A stretch of DNA of 38,550 nt, from IMG/VR virus record IMGVR_UViG_3300029612_000021, one strand, 5' to 3'. The DNA comes from a virus. The notes beneath the pieces were generated by a model. That model was given only the letters and a program-made list of their open reading frames with translations, made no database searches and was not told the origin of the DNA. The translations under genes and the position numbers were made by a program. Below, in pieces: positions 8,840-18,561 of this stretch; the first letter of the stretch is position 1, and each line of letters opens with the position of its first letter.

Positions 8840-10636
8840 ATGCCCAACATCAACACAAGATTTACGCTTTCGGGCGAAAAAGAATACAAACAGGCCATCT
8901 CCGAGATCGGCAGCGGCATGAAGGTGCTGGACTCGGAGATGCGAAAGGTGCAGTCGGCCTACGCGCAGAACGCCGACAGCGTCGAGGCGCTGAGCGCCAA
9001 AAACGACGTGCTCGAGCGCAAGATCTCCACGCAGACAGAAAAGATCGAGTATCTGCGTGCCGCCCTGCAGCAGTCCGCCGAGAAATACGGCGAGGCAGAC
9101 AAGCGCACAATGCAGTGGCAGACCAGCCTCAACAACGCAGAGGCTGAGCTGAACAATCTCAACAACCAGTTTGACGAGAACAAGCAGAAGATCGCCGACT
9201 CCAGCAAGGAGATGGGCAACCTCGGCGACGTGGTGAATGGCCTGACGTCCAAGCTCGGCATCCAGCTGCCGGACAGCATGAAAACGTCCATGAACGGCAT
9301 GCTGCAGCTCGACACTACGACAGTCGCAGTTGCGGGCGGATTTGCCGCCGTCGCTGCGGCGATCGTCAAGGCGGAAAAAGCGTTGATCTCCATGACGAAG
9401 GAAGCCGCCTCGAATGCGGACGATCTGCTGACGCTCGCCTCCGTGACCGGCACGACGACCGATTCCGTGCAGGAGCTTAACTACATGGCCGACCTCACGG
9501 ACGTCTCCTTTGACCGTATCAAAGACAGCCTCAAGGAAACCACCAACAAGATGCAGGAGGCCGCGACCGGTACGGGCGACGCCTACGAGGCGTACAAGCG
9601 GCTGAAAGTTGAGATTACAAACACCGACGGCAGCCTCCGCAGCGCGCAGGATGTATTTTACGATACCATCGACGCGCTCGGCGAGATGAAAAACAAGACC
9701 GAGCGGGACGCACTGGCTATGGATCTCATGTCCGAGTCCGCACAGGAGCTCAATCCGCTCATCGACCTCGGCGGCGAGAAAATGCGGGCTTACGCGCAGG
9801 AAGCACATGATATGGGCTATGTCCTTGACAACGACGCGCTCAAATCCCTGCAGGGCGTCGACGACGCCTATTCTCGCCTGCAGAAGACGCAGGAGGGCGT
9901 CAAAAACCAGCTGGCCGTCGAGTTTGCCCCGTACCTCGAAGAATTCTACGGCGACGTCACCACCATGGTCAAGGACGGCGGCAAGGCCATCAAGGACTCC
10001 GGCATCGTCGACGCCTTCGGCATGCTGCTTGAGACCGTCGGCGATATCCTCAATCCCATGTCCGACCTGTCCAACAACCGCGTCCCGGCGCTGACCAAGG
10101 CGCTGCAGCCGCTGGCAAAGGTCATGGCGCTCATGGCCGACGCGGCGGAGCTGCTCAAAGGCGTCATCAACTTCGGCACCGGCCACATCAGCGAGGGCTG
10201 GGGCCAGATGAAGCATGCGCTGGGCTTCGGCTACAGCAGCGGCAACGGAAACAACTACCAGAACCTGCTCGACAGCTACAACGAGCAGCAGTGGGGCCAG
10301 AGCGCGTCCGACCTCTCCAAGGCCTACGAAGAGGCCGTCGCCCGCGGCGATTCGTCGACCCTCGGTATCACCGAGGACGAATGGCGCAGGCGGTATCTGC
10401 GCGGCAACGCCGCCGGCACGGACAACTGGGCGGGCGGCTGGACGCGGGTCAACGAGAACGGCCTCGAGCGCATCTATCTCCCCTCCGGCTCGCGCATCCA
10501 GACGGCCAGCGAGACCCGCTACACCTCCGGCGATACCTACAACACCACCGTCTACGTCGACCACGTCGAAGACCTCGACACCATCCTCCGCATCGCCAAA
10601 AACGCACGCATCACAACCAGAATGGGGGCGAAGTAA
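8840..10636 (+). CDS. tape measure protein
   Basis: 598 aa with a coiled-coil-rich N-terminus and hydrophobic central segments. Canonical position. Confidence 0.9.
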   Translation: MPNINTRFTLSGEKEYKQAISEIGSGMKVLDSEMRKVQSAYAQNADSVEALSAKNDVLERKISTQTEKIEYLRAALQQSAEKYGEADKRTMQWQTSLNNAEAELNNLNNQFDENKQKIADSSKEMGNLGDVVNGLTSKLGIQLPDSMKTSMNGMLQLDTTTVAVAGGFAAVAAAIVKAEKALISMTKEAASNADDLLTLASVTGTTTDSVQELNYMADLTDVSFDRIKDSLKETTNKMQEAATGTGDAYEAYKRLKVEITNTDGSLRSAQDVFYDTIDALGEMKNKTERDALAMDLMSESAQELNPLIDLGGEKMRAYAQEAHDMGYVLDNDALKSLQGVDDAYSRLQKTQEGVKNQLAVEFAPYLEEFYGDVTTMVKDGGKAIKDSGIVDAFGMLLETVGDILNPMSDLSNNRVPALTKALQPLAKVMALMADAAELLKGVINFGTGHISEGWGQMKHALGFGYSSGNGNNYQNLLDSYNEQQWGQSASDLSKAYEEAVARGDSSTLGITEDEWRRRYLRGNAAGTDNWAGGWTRVNENGLERIYLPSGSRIQTASETRYTSGDTYNTTVYVDHVEDLDTILRIAKNARITTRMGAK

Positions 10637-12919
10637 ATGGGCGTTTTAACGCTTTACGCAAACGACTCCGCAGTCATTGACTACAGCGCGCCGAACACGA
10701 ACTATTACGGAGCCACAGAGACAGACGAATATGGGCGGCCCATGTACTTCACGTTCGCCCCGACCGCGGCTCAGATAGCAGCGATCAGGTATCACAAGAT
10801 CACGGCTGTCACGTTCTACCTGTACATGTCGTACAGATATAATGCGAGCAATGCGGGAGTCACGATCGCGATCCTGCACGAATCAATAGATCTGCAGAAG
10901 ATCACGTACAACACTGAGCCTTTTGTCTACGGCGGATACAAAATCAGTGGCCCATTGAGCCTTGAACCAAGCGGATATTATAACAGGGCGGTGGAACTCA
11001 AAGCGTCGGAACTGAAGAATCTGCTGACGTATGGAGCAAAAGCAACCACGAGCGGGAAAACCGTGCAGACGGCAAAATCGTCGCACAAGCCGTATATCGA
11101 GATCACATACGAGGATACGACCGTAACGCCGGAACTCAACGCAAAGAGCGGCGTGGGCGTGCTGGCGTCGGAAATTGCGCAGACCATCGAATGGTATTAT
11201 CACTGGGATAGCTATTCTGCCTATGATTTGCCGACCATTACCGCGCAGCAGTTCCGCTGGAGGGTAAAAAACTCCAGCACGGTCCATACGATCGATCTGG
11301 GCGCGAATGACACAAGCGTGACGATCGCTGCTGGCGAGTTTCCGGTTGGTGAAAATGAGTGGGCCGTGCAGGTGACGACCTCGTTGGGCGTGACCACACT
11401 ATCCTCGTGGTACAGGTTTGAAGTAAAGAACCCAATCATTTCCGGGATGTCGCCGGGAGCTGGGGCCTATACGCCAAAGCACGCTGCAGGAGTCTTTTCG
11501 TGGGACGTTCAACAAGAAGCCTTATACTCGCCTGTATCCGTCGAGCAGAAAAGCGCGACACTCTACTGGCGGAAAACCGGCACAACGACCACACATAGCA
11601 TTGCCATTTCCGGCTCGAAGAAGAGCTATACCATGCCGGCAGAGACGTTTTCCGACGAGTCCGTCGACTGGATGGTCACGGCAATCACCGCAGGTGATCT
11701 GACGGCAACGTCTGCCTGGGTGACGGTCTCAACGACCGAGGCCACGCCGTCCTGTAAGGCGATCTCCCCGGCGGGCATCGTCATCGACGCCACCATCGTC
11801 AACCGCTTTAGCTGGCAGCACATCATTTCCACCGGCACGCCGCAGAGCAAGGCGGATCTGCAATGGTCCGCCGACGGCACGACCTGGAACACGCTCGCGA
11901 CCGTCACCGGCGAAAATCAGTATTACGACGTCCCCGCGAACACCTTTACGAGCGGGACGAAATACTGGCGCGTGCGCACCTACAACACCGACGGCACGGC
12001 CTCGGCGTGGAGCGAAAAGGCCGAGTTTATCGCCATCAACGCCCCGTCAGCACCGTCCATCGTCATCCAGTCCACCGGCCCGCGCCCGCGCATCACCTGG
12101 CAGACCTCCGAGCAGGAAGCCTATCAGCTGACGCTGTCCAGCGGCTATGCCTCCGGCACGGTCTACGGCACGGAAAAGGCATGGCGCTCGCCGGTCTACC
12201 TCGCCGACGGCAGCTACACCGTCCGCGTCCGCGTGCAGAACAAGTACGGCATGTGGTCCGAGTGGAGCGCAGCCGCGCTCCCCGTTTCACACACCGAGGG
12301 CGAGGCCATCACCCTGACCGCCACCGCCGGCCATGAGGCCGCGCTCACCTGGCAGACCGCCGGGAGCTACGATTTTTACCTCGTCGAGCGGGACGGCGTG
12401 GCCATAGCCCGCACCGTCCAAAAGCAGTACATCGACCACACCAGCATCGGCTCCGTCACCTACCGCGTCCGCGGCTGCTACGACGAAAGCGATAACTACG
12501 GCGTGTCCAATTCCGACACTGTCGAAGTGCTGCCCGAGACCAACATGATCTGCGACCTCGAGACCGGCGCCTGGCTCGAGATGCGCCTGTCCGAGACGCA
12601 GCTGCGCACCAACCGCACCAGTTTCTCGGCCGGGGTCTCCACGGTCCATCTGGCGGGCCTTGCCTACCCCGTCGAGGAGCGCAGCGAGCAGCGCGACCGC
12701 GCCCTGTCCGTCGCCTGCGCCTGGCCGCACGCGCAGCGGGCCGCCGCCCTTGCGCTGGAGGCCCTTGTAGGCCGCCTCGTCTGCCTCAAGGACCGCTACG
12801 GCAGCATGGTCATCGGCTCGCTCCCGTCGCTCGAGAGCAACTGCGATGAGTTCATGCGCCGCTATTCCTTTACCATCTCGCACATGAACCGAGAGGAGGC
12901 GATCACCCTTGACCCGTGA
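10637..12919 (+). CDS. large distal tail (Dit-like) protein with about five beta-sandwich/FN3-like modules
   Basis: 760 aa immediately after the tape measure. Module ends recur (YWRVRTYNTDGTASAWSEKAEF, YTVRVRVQNKYGMWSEWSAA, YRVRGCYDESDNYGVSN). Confidence 0.6.
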   Translation: MGVLTLYANDSAVIDYSAPNTNYYGATETDEYGRPMYFTFAPTAAQIAAIRYHKITAVTFYLYMSYRYNASNAGVTIAILHESIDLQKITYNTEPFVYGGYKISGPLSLEPSGYYNRAVELKASELKNLLTYGAKATTSGKTVQTAKSSHKPYIEITYEDTTVTPELNAKSGVGVLASEIAQTIEWYYHWDSYSAYDLPTITAQQFRWRVKNSSTVHTIDLGANDTSVTIAAGEFPVGENEWAVQVTTSLGVTTLSSWYRFEVKNPIISGMSPGAGAYTPKHAAGVFSWDVQQEALYSPVSVEQKSATLYWRKTGTTTTHSIAISGSKKSYTMPAETFSDESVDWMVTAITAGDLTATSAWVTVSTTEATPSCKAISPAGIVIDATIVNRFSWQHIISTGTPQSKADLQWSADGTTWNTLATVTGENQYYDVPANTFTSGTKYWRVRTYNTDGTASAWSEKAEFIAINAPSAPSIVIQSTGPRPRITWQTSEQEAYQLTLSSGYASGTVYGTEKAWRSPVYLADGSYTVRVRVQNKYGMWSEWSAAALPVSHTEGEAITLTATAGHEAALTWQTAGSYDFYLVERDGVAIARTVQKQYIDHTSIGSVTYRVRGCYDESDNYGVSNSDTVEVLPETNMICDLETGAWLEMRLSETQLRTNRTSFSAGVSTVHLAGLAYPVEERSEQRDRALSVACAWPHAQRAAALALEALVGRLVCLKDRYGSMVIGSLPSLESNCDEFMRRYSFTISHMNREEAITLDP

Positions 12920-13955
12920 CGTCCGCTTCCGCGTCGACGTGCTCAGAAACGGCGCACCCATCACCCACCTCCAATGGGACACCGGCAGCCCTCCGCAGAT
13001 CATCGCCAGCCGCGACGCGACGATCCACACCAGCATCAAGGGCACCTTCCTCGTCAACGACGCGGTCGACTACCTCTCCGACGAGCTCCAGCCTGTCATG
13101 ACCATCGACGGGCAGGAGACGCCCCTCGGTATCTATCAGGCCGCGACCCCGAGCATCAAGGGCGCGGCCGGTCAGAAGCGCGTCGAGGTCGAGGCCTACG
13201 ACCGCTGCTGGCGCGTCTACAGCAACCGCACCGAGACCATCCTGCACCTGTCCGCCGGTGCGTCCTATCTCACCGAGATCCGCAAGCTGCTCACCGCCTG
13301 CGGCGTCGCGCTCGTCATTGCGACGCCGTCGGACGCGACGCTGCAGACCGACCGCGAGGACTGGGATGTCGGCACAAGCTACCTGACCATCGTCAACGAC
13401 CTGCTGGCCGAGATCAACTACAACAGCCTCTGGTTCGACGCCTCCGGCGTCGCCCGTCTCGAGCCCTATCAGGAGCCGAGCGCGCAGAACATCGACTGGT
13501 CCTACGGAACGACGGACCTCTTCCTTCCAGACCGGCATCCGGGGCCGAACTTCTCAGATGAGGAAGACATCTTCAACGCGCCGAACGTCTTCATCTGCGT
13601 CTGCTCCAACCCGGATCTGGAGCAGCCCATGGTCGCAACGGCCGTCAACGACAATCCGCAGTCGCGCAAGTCCACCTTCCGGCGGAACATGCGCATCGCC
13701 TCGCTCATCAAGGTCGACAACATCGCCTCGCAGGAGGAGCTGCAGGCCTACGCCGACCGCATGCGCAACGAGTCGCTCCTGTCCGCCCGGGCCATCACGT
13801 TTTATACCCTCAATGACCCCGGCCACGGCATCGGTGACGTCCTCGCGCTCACGCATGACGACATCGGCGGCATTTACCTCGAAACCGGCTGGCAGATGCA
13901 GCTGTCAGCCGGAAGTCTCATGACACACTCTGCAAAAAGGACGGTGATTGCATAA
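12909..13955 (+). CDS. tail-associated (Tal-like) baseplate hub protein
   Basis: 348 aa with TTG start after GAGGAGG. It occupies the second gene position after the tape measure. Confidence 0.55.
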   Translation: MTRDVRFRVDVLRNGAPITHLQWDTGSPPQIIASRDATIHTSIKGTFLVNDAVDYLSDELQPVMTIDGQETPLGIYQAATPSIKGAAGQKRVEVEAYDRCWRVYSNRTETILHLSAGASYLTEIRKLLTACGVALVIATPSDATLQTDREDWDVGTSYLTIVNDLLAEINYNSLWFDASGVARLEPYQEPSAQNIDWSYGTTDLFLPDRHPGPNFSDEEDIFNAPNVFICVCSNPDLEQPMVATAVNDNPQSRKSTFRRNMRIASLIKVDNIASQEELQAYADRMRNESLLSARAITFYTLNDPGHGIGDVLALTHDDIGGIYLETGWQMQLSAGSLMTHSAKRTVIA

Positions 13956-14953
13956 TGGAAGGCGTAGACAGCCTGTACACCGAAGAACCAGAAGAGCAGC
14001 AGACCGAAGAACAGCAGCAGCCGTTCCAGCTGGCCGTCATTGCGACGGTCGAGGAAGACGGCCTGACCCTCACGCCTGACGGCGCGGAGGAGCCGACCGA
14101 GAAGCATTTTAAATGCAACACCGGCATCAACTTCGCCGCCGGACAGCGCGTGGCCGTCCTCGAAATGTCCGGCAGCAAGGTCGTCATGTTCCCGATCGGC
14201 AACCCCGGCGCGGACGCGCCGGCGAAGATCCCGCCCGGCGGCACGGCCGGGCAGGTGCTCCAAAAATCGTCCGACAATGACTACGCGCTCACCTGGGGCA
14301 GCATCACCGGCCTTCTGCCGACCGGAGGAACGAGCGGACAGATCCTCAAAAAGTCAGGCAACGCCGACTACGCCGTCGAATGGGGCGACATCAACGGTGC
14401 TCTGCCTTCCGGCGGAACGACGGGCCAGGTGCTCAAAAAATCCAGCGCCACCGACTACGCCGTCACCTGGGGCAGCCCCGACGGTATCCTGCCGACCGGC
14501 GGCACCGATGGTCAGGTCCTGCTCAAAAACGGCGCGAGCAACTACGCCGCCAAGTGGGGCAGCATCACCGGCGCGCTCCCGACCGGCGGAACATCCGGTC
14601 AGGTGCTGAAAAAATCCAGCAACACCAACTACGCTTGCACGTGGGGCGACGTCGCCGGAACGCTTCCGAGCGGCGGAACCGACGGCCAGGTGCTCCTGAA
14701 AAACGGATCGACGGCCTACGCCGCGAAGTGGGGCACGGTATCCGCCGCAGGACTCAAGAGCGGATACAATTCGCTGGAGCTGAAAACAAAAACCCTGACG
14801 CCGTCCTCGAGCGGCTTTGAGATAGGGACATCGAGCTATCCCGTGACAGTCAGGGGAGACGAAATCGTGCTGTATTACAGTTCATACCGCTACTGCACCC
14901 TTGCGTGCAACTCATCCGGGAAGCTGACCGTCAACGGCACAGCCATCAACTAA
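13955..14953 (+). CDS. tail fibre / spike protein with six 29-aa tandem repeats
   Basis: 332 aa. Six repeats of PxGGTxGQVLxKxxxxxYAxxWGxxxGxL. TAATG coupling to the upstream gene. Confidence 0.6.
   Translation: MEGVDSLYTEEPEEQQTEEQQQPFQLAVIATVEEDGLTLTPDGAEEPTEKHFKCNTGINFAAGQRVAVLEMSGSKVVMFPIGNPGADAPAKIPPGGTAGQVLQKSSDNDYALTWGSITGLLPTGGTSGQILKKSGNADYAVEWGDINGALPSGGTTGQVLKKSSATDYAVTWGSPDGILPTGGTDGQVLLKNGASNYAAKWGSITGALPTGGTSGQVLKKSSNTNYACTWGDVAGTLPSGGTDGQVLLKNGSTAYAAKWGTVSAAGLKSGYNSLELKTKTLTPSSSGFEIGTSSYPVTVRGDEIVLYYSSYRYCTLACNSSGKLTVNGTAIN
14231..14752 (+). repeat. 6 x 87-bp in-frame tandem repeat inside the fibre gene
   Basis: Corresponds to aa 93-266 of the 13955 ORF. The units are clearly alignable by eye. 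Confidence 0.85.
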
Positions 14954-14963
14954 GGAGGGCATC

Positions 14964-15266
14964 ATGAAATTATACGACATCGCGCTCGCGGCAAAGCCAC
15001 TGCAGAAGCTCATCGAACAGGACCTGCCGCTCCGGCAGGCCTATCAGCTCGCCATGCTGGCGACCAGGCTCAACCCAACACTCGAATTCTACGGAAACCA
15101 GCTCATGAGCGGGCGGCCGCAGGCGGAGCTGAACGAGCTGGACGCCGACACGCTCCCCGAGCTGCCGCACATCACGCTTCCGCTCGACCTCGATATCCGG
15201 CTTTCCGCCGGGGATATCAAGTGCCTTGAGCCGTTCGTGACCTTCGAAGGAGCTGATAACGCATGA
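14964..15266 (+). CDS. hypothetical protein (fibre-region accessory)
   Basis: 100 aa, AAGGAGGG SD, coupled to the next gene. Confidence 0.5.
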   Translation: MKLYDIALAAKPLQKLIEQDLPLRQAYQLAMLATRLNPTLEFYGNQLMSGRPQAELNELDADTLPELPHITLPLDLDIRLSAGDIKCLEPFVTFEGADNA

Positions 15267-15901
15267 TCACCATCCACTGCTCCCGCGCGTGTGCGCATCT
15301 GGCGTCGCCGCCGGAGCTTTTGACGGCGGGAATGAGCAAAGCCGTGACGGTGCAGTTCGTCTTCTCACCCGAGTGGGACGGCCTGACGAAGACCGCCGTC
15401 TTCTCGAACGGCAAGACCACCGTCGACGTTCTGGCGGCGAACTGGGACGGGGATACCGTTCCCGTACCGCACGAAGTTCTCGCCGTCCCGGGCCGCCACG
15501 CCCGCGTGGGCGTCTATGGCGCGGACGAAAGCGGCGTCGTCCTGCCGACCGTCTGGGTGAGCCTCGGCAAGGTCCAGCCCGGCGCGGATCCGTCCGGAGA
15601 CGCCTCGGCCGACCCGTCCCTGCCCGTCTGGGCGCAGCTGCAGAAGCAGATCGGCGATCTGGACGACCTCAAGACCTACAACAAGGGCAACCTCGTCGAC
15701 GCCATCAACGAGGCCCGCAGCTCCGGCGGCTCCGGCGGCGGAGGCTACACCATCGGCGACGGACTCAAGCTCGACGCGGCCACCAATACCCTGTCCGTCG
15801 ACACGGCCGCGGCCGTCGAGAAGGACAACACCAAGCCCGTCACCTCTGCCGCCGTCTATACCGAGGTCGGCAACATCAACGCCCTGCTGGCGACCATCTA
15901 A
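15263..15901 (+). CDS. putative fibre / receptor-binding protein
   Basis: 212 aa with a Gly linker SSGGSGGGG and a C-terminal ...KPVTSAAVYTEVGNINALLATI typical of fibre tips. Confidence 0.45.
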   Translation: MITIHCSRACAHLASPPELLTAGMSKAVTVQFVFSPEWDGLTKTAVFSNGKTTVDVLAANWDGDTVPVPHEVLAVPGRHARVGVYGADESGVVLPTVWVSLGKVQPGADPSGDASADPSLPVWAQLQKQIGDLDDLKTYNKGNLVDAINEARSSGGSGGGGYTIGDGLKLDAATNTLSVDTAAAVEKDNTKPVTSAAVYTEVGNINALLATI

Positions 15902-15913
15902 AGGAGTGATTTT

Positions 15914-16795
15914 ATGAGCACACAGACAGAAGTAACCAGACTACAGACCGCGCGGAACAAGATCCGCACCTGGCTCGTCGGCCTCGGCCTCGCCGCGAGC
16001 ACCGACAAGCTCGACGCGCTGGCCGACAAGGCCGCAGCCATCAAAAATCAGGGCGCGGTCGACGCCAACGTCAAGGAGGGCGAGTCCTACACCATCCCCG
16101 CGGGCTATCACAACGGCTCCGGCACGGTCAAGGGCGTCTCCGGCGGCGGCAACTACAACCTCCAGGCAAAATCCGTCACCCCGACCAAGGAGCAGCAGTC
16201 CGTCGCCCCGGATCAGGGCTACTACGGCCTGTCCGCCGTCACCGTCGGCGCGATCCCGGAAAACTATCAGGACGTGTCCGCGACAACGGCCGCGCCAGGC
16301 GACGTGCTGGCGAATAAAGTCTTTATCGACGCCGACGGCGTGACGCAGGCTGGCACCATGCCGGACAACGGCGCAGTATCTAAGGTGCTGGACGCCACGA
16401 CCGGCAATCAGGAATACACCGTCCCGGCGGGCAAGCACTCCGGCACGGGCAAAGTATCCGTCGTGCTGGAAAACAAGTCCGCCACGCCAACCGAGGCCGC
16501 GCAGGACATCACGCCAACAAAGGGCAAAGTCCTCGGCAAAGTAACGGTAGGAGCGATCCCCGCCAAGTACAAAGACGTTTCCGGTGTGACCGCCGGAGCT
16601 GCTGACGTGCTGGACGGCAAGTTTATCGTGCTGGCCGACGGCAGCAGGGTCGAGGGCACCATGGCCAACAACGGCGCGATCGCAAAGACCATCGACGGCC
16701 TCACGCAGACCAGCGTCGCGGTCCCGGCGGGCTACACCTCCGGCGGCACGGTCAGCCTGACCGACGCCATCGAGACCGCCCTCGCCGCGATCTGA
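15914..16795 (+). CDS. putative fibre / receptor-binding protein with internal repeats
   Basis: 293 aa. Modules recur (GTMPDNGAV...YTVPAGKHSGTGKV, GTMANNGAI...VAVPAGYTSGGTV). AAAGGAG SD. Confidence 0.45.
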   Translation: MSTQTEVTRLQTARNKIRTWLVGLGLAASTDKLDALADKAAAIKNQGAVDANVKEGESYTIPAGYHNGSGTVKGVSGGGNYNLQAKSVTPTKEQQSVAPDQGYYGLSAVTVGAIPENYQDVSATTAAPGDVLANKVFIDADGVTQAGTMPDNGAVSKVLDATTGNQEYTVPAGKHSGTGKVSVVLENKSATPTEAAQDITPTKGKVLGKVTVGAIPAKYKDVSGVTAGAADVLDGKFIVLADGSRVEGTMANNGAIAKTIDGLTQTSVAVPAGYTSGGTVSLTDAIETALAAI

Positions 16796-16805
16796 GGAGG
16801 CCGAC

Positions 16806-17258
16806 ATGAGCGTACAGAGCCAGATCGACCGCCTCGCGGGCGCCAAGACCACCATCGGCAATTACCTGCAGCAAAACGGCGTCGCCGTCCCGGCCGGAGC
16901 GACGCTGGACGAAATGGCGCTGCAGCTTGCCGACGTCATCGAGAAGCAGAACAAGATCACCGCCGCTGGCATCCTCAAGGGTGACGGCGCGGGAGGCGTC
17001 AGCGCGGCCAAAGCCGGGACCGATTACGCCACGCCCGCGCAGGTCGCGGCCAAGCAGGACGTCCTTCTCGCCTCCGGCGCGGCCGTCGGGGACCTGATCA
17101 AGGTCAAGGCGGTGGACGCCAGCGGGAAGCCGACGGCGTGGGCGGTGGCCGTGGCGGGCACGGACTATATGAAGACCGGCAACATCACCAAGCAGACGCT
17201 GGTCTCCGCGGAGACCACGCCGACCGAGAACTACGCCATCAACTGGCAGTATGAGTGA
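16806..17258 (+). CDS. putative fibre-associated protein sharing the N-terminal module of the 15914 gene
   Basis: 150 aa. The N-terminus MSVQSQIDRLAGAKTTIGNYL... aligns with MSTQTEVTRLQTARNKIRTWL.... Confidence 0.45.
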   Translation: MSVQSQIDRLAGAKTTIGNYLQQNGVAVPAGATLDEMALQLADVIEKQNKITAAGILKGDGAGGVSAAKAGTDYATPAQVAAKQDVLLASGAAVGDLIKVKAVDASGKPTAWAVAVAGTDYMKTGNITKQTLVSAETTPTENYAINWQYE

Positions 17259-17267
17259 GGAGGCCCC

Positions 17268-18089
17268 ATGGCGCACAAGACATTGATCTCCGGCACGGCC
17301 TATTCCGTATCCGGCGGGCGGGAGCTGATCGGCGGCACAGGCTACGCGAAGAAGAAAGGCCGCGTGCTCGTGAACGGCACCGGGTACGACATTCCGTTTT
17401 CCAGCGGTATCCCCATCGGCACGATCCCGGTCGGCAGCGTCGTAAAAATCGGCGTGAACGGAAAATCGTATGATTTCCTCGTTGTAAATCAGGGCATCCC
17501 ATCCAACAGCAGCCTCTACGACAGCAGTTGCGACGGGACTTGGCTGCTGATGAAAGACATCTATGAAAAACGTAGATGGAATAGCGAACGGGTTAACGAC
17601 TATGCGAACAGTGAAATCAACTCGTATCTAAATGGGGCATTCTTCGCTATGTTGGACTCGAAATCCCAGAAGGCAATTAAGGAAGTCAAGATTCCTTACC
17701 GCGCCGGTTCAGGTTATGGAACGGGCATCACATCGGGGGCGAACGGACGTCCAGTTAAAAGCTTTCTGCTTTCCGCTACGGAAGTCAACCTTGGAGCACC
17801 GTATGAGCCGCCAAATGAAGGTGCTAGCCTGTCTTATTTCAATGGGACCAAACAGGGCACTGCCGACACAAAGCGCATTGCATATCTAAATGGTTCCGCC
17901 ACAGCTTGGTGGACGAGATCTCCGTTCTGCTACAGCGATTTAGGTGCAAGACGCGCTATCACTGTAACTTCCATCGGCGACAACGGTGCCGAGGATTGCA
18001 ATGTTGGGAGTTGGACCGGAATCCGCCCGGCTTTGATCGTTTCGCCAAAAACAAAAGTCACCGGAGACGGCACCTACACACTTGCATAA
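17268..18089 (+). CDS. putative receptor-binding protein (WWTRSP-motif domain)
   Basis: 273 aa. The N-terminus has a GTxY-repeat module. The body is visibly lower in GC. AWWTRSP resembles the WWLRSP motif of a Firmicutes DUF, from memory. Confidence 0.45.
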   Translation: MAHKTLISGTAYSVSGGRELIGGTGYAKKKGRVLVNGTGYDIPFSSGIPIGTIPVGSVVKIGVNGKSYDFLVVNQGIPSNSSLYDSSCDGTWLLMKDIYEKRRWNSERVNDYANSEINSYLNGAFFAMLDSKSQKAIKEVKIPYRAGSGYGTGITSGANGRPVKSFLLSATEVNLGAPYEPPNEGASLSYFNGTKQGTADTKRIAYLNGSATAWWTRSPFCYSDLGARRAITVTSIGDNGAEDCNVGSWTGIRPALIVSPKTKVTGDGTYTLA

Positions 18090-18101
18090 AGGAGGACCCA
18101 C

Positions 18102-18552
18102 ATGGGCACACACCACATTTTGAAAGACGGCACGTCCTACACCATCAAAGGCGGCACCGACCTGATTGCTGGTACAAGTTACCAAATCGGGGGGGGGTCG
18201 AACACTGGTGAATGGGACAGCGTACAACATTGCATTTGCCAAGCCGTGCATGATTACGATTTCTGGCGGTGGAACATCTGGATTCCATTATGGATATGTG
18301 GAGTATAACGGAGAAAAGTACACGAGCGGAACGCTAGAGATAGAGCAAGGAACGACCGTTGACATATACCTGCAAAATGGAGTCGGTGGTACATACGTGG
18401 CTGTCCGGCTGAACGGAAAAACCGTTGCATCCGGGTACGGGGGAATGAAGTACACATATCAAGTCACAAAAAACGCGAACATAAAGTTCCCATATTATTA
18501 TGATACAGATGGATACAAAGAAGGTAAATATGCGGTAATCACCGAAGAATAG
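18102..18552 (+). pseudogene. fibre-region gene split by a +1/-2 frame change inside a G9 tract
   Basis: ORFs 18102-18308 and 18166-18552 join into one protein if the G run is 8 rather than 9. The joined N-terminus aligns with the paralogue at 17268. Confidence 0.65.
18189..18197 (+). repeat. poly-G homopolymer (9 G)
   Basis: Counted directly: ...aaatc ggggggggg tcgaac.... Confidence 0.95.
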
Positions 18553-18561
18553 GAGGTCAAC

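Noticed and set aside
8822-10564. 580-aa minus-strand ORF opposite the tape measure gene
   Set aside because: Same reasoning: an antisense shadow of a confidently assigned gene.
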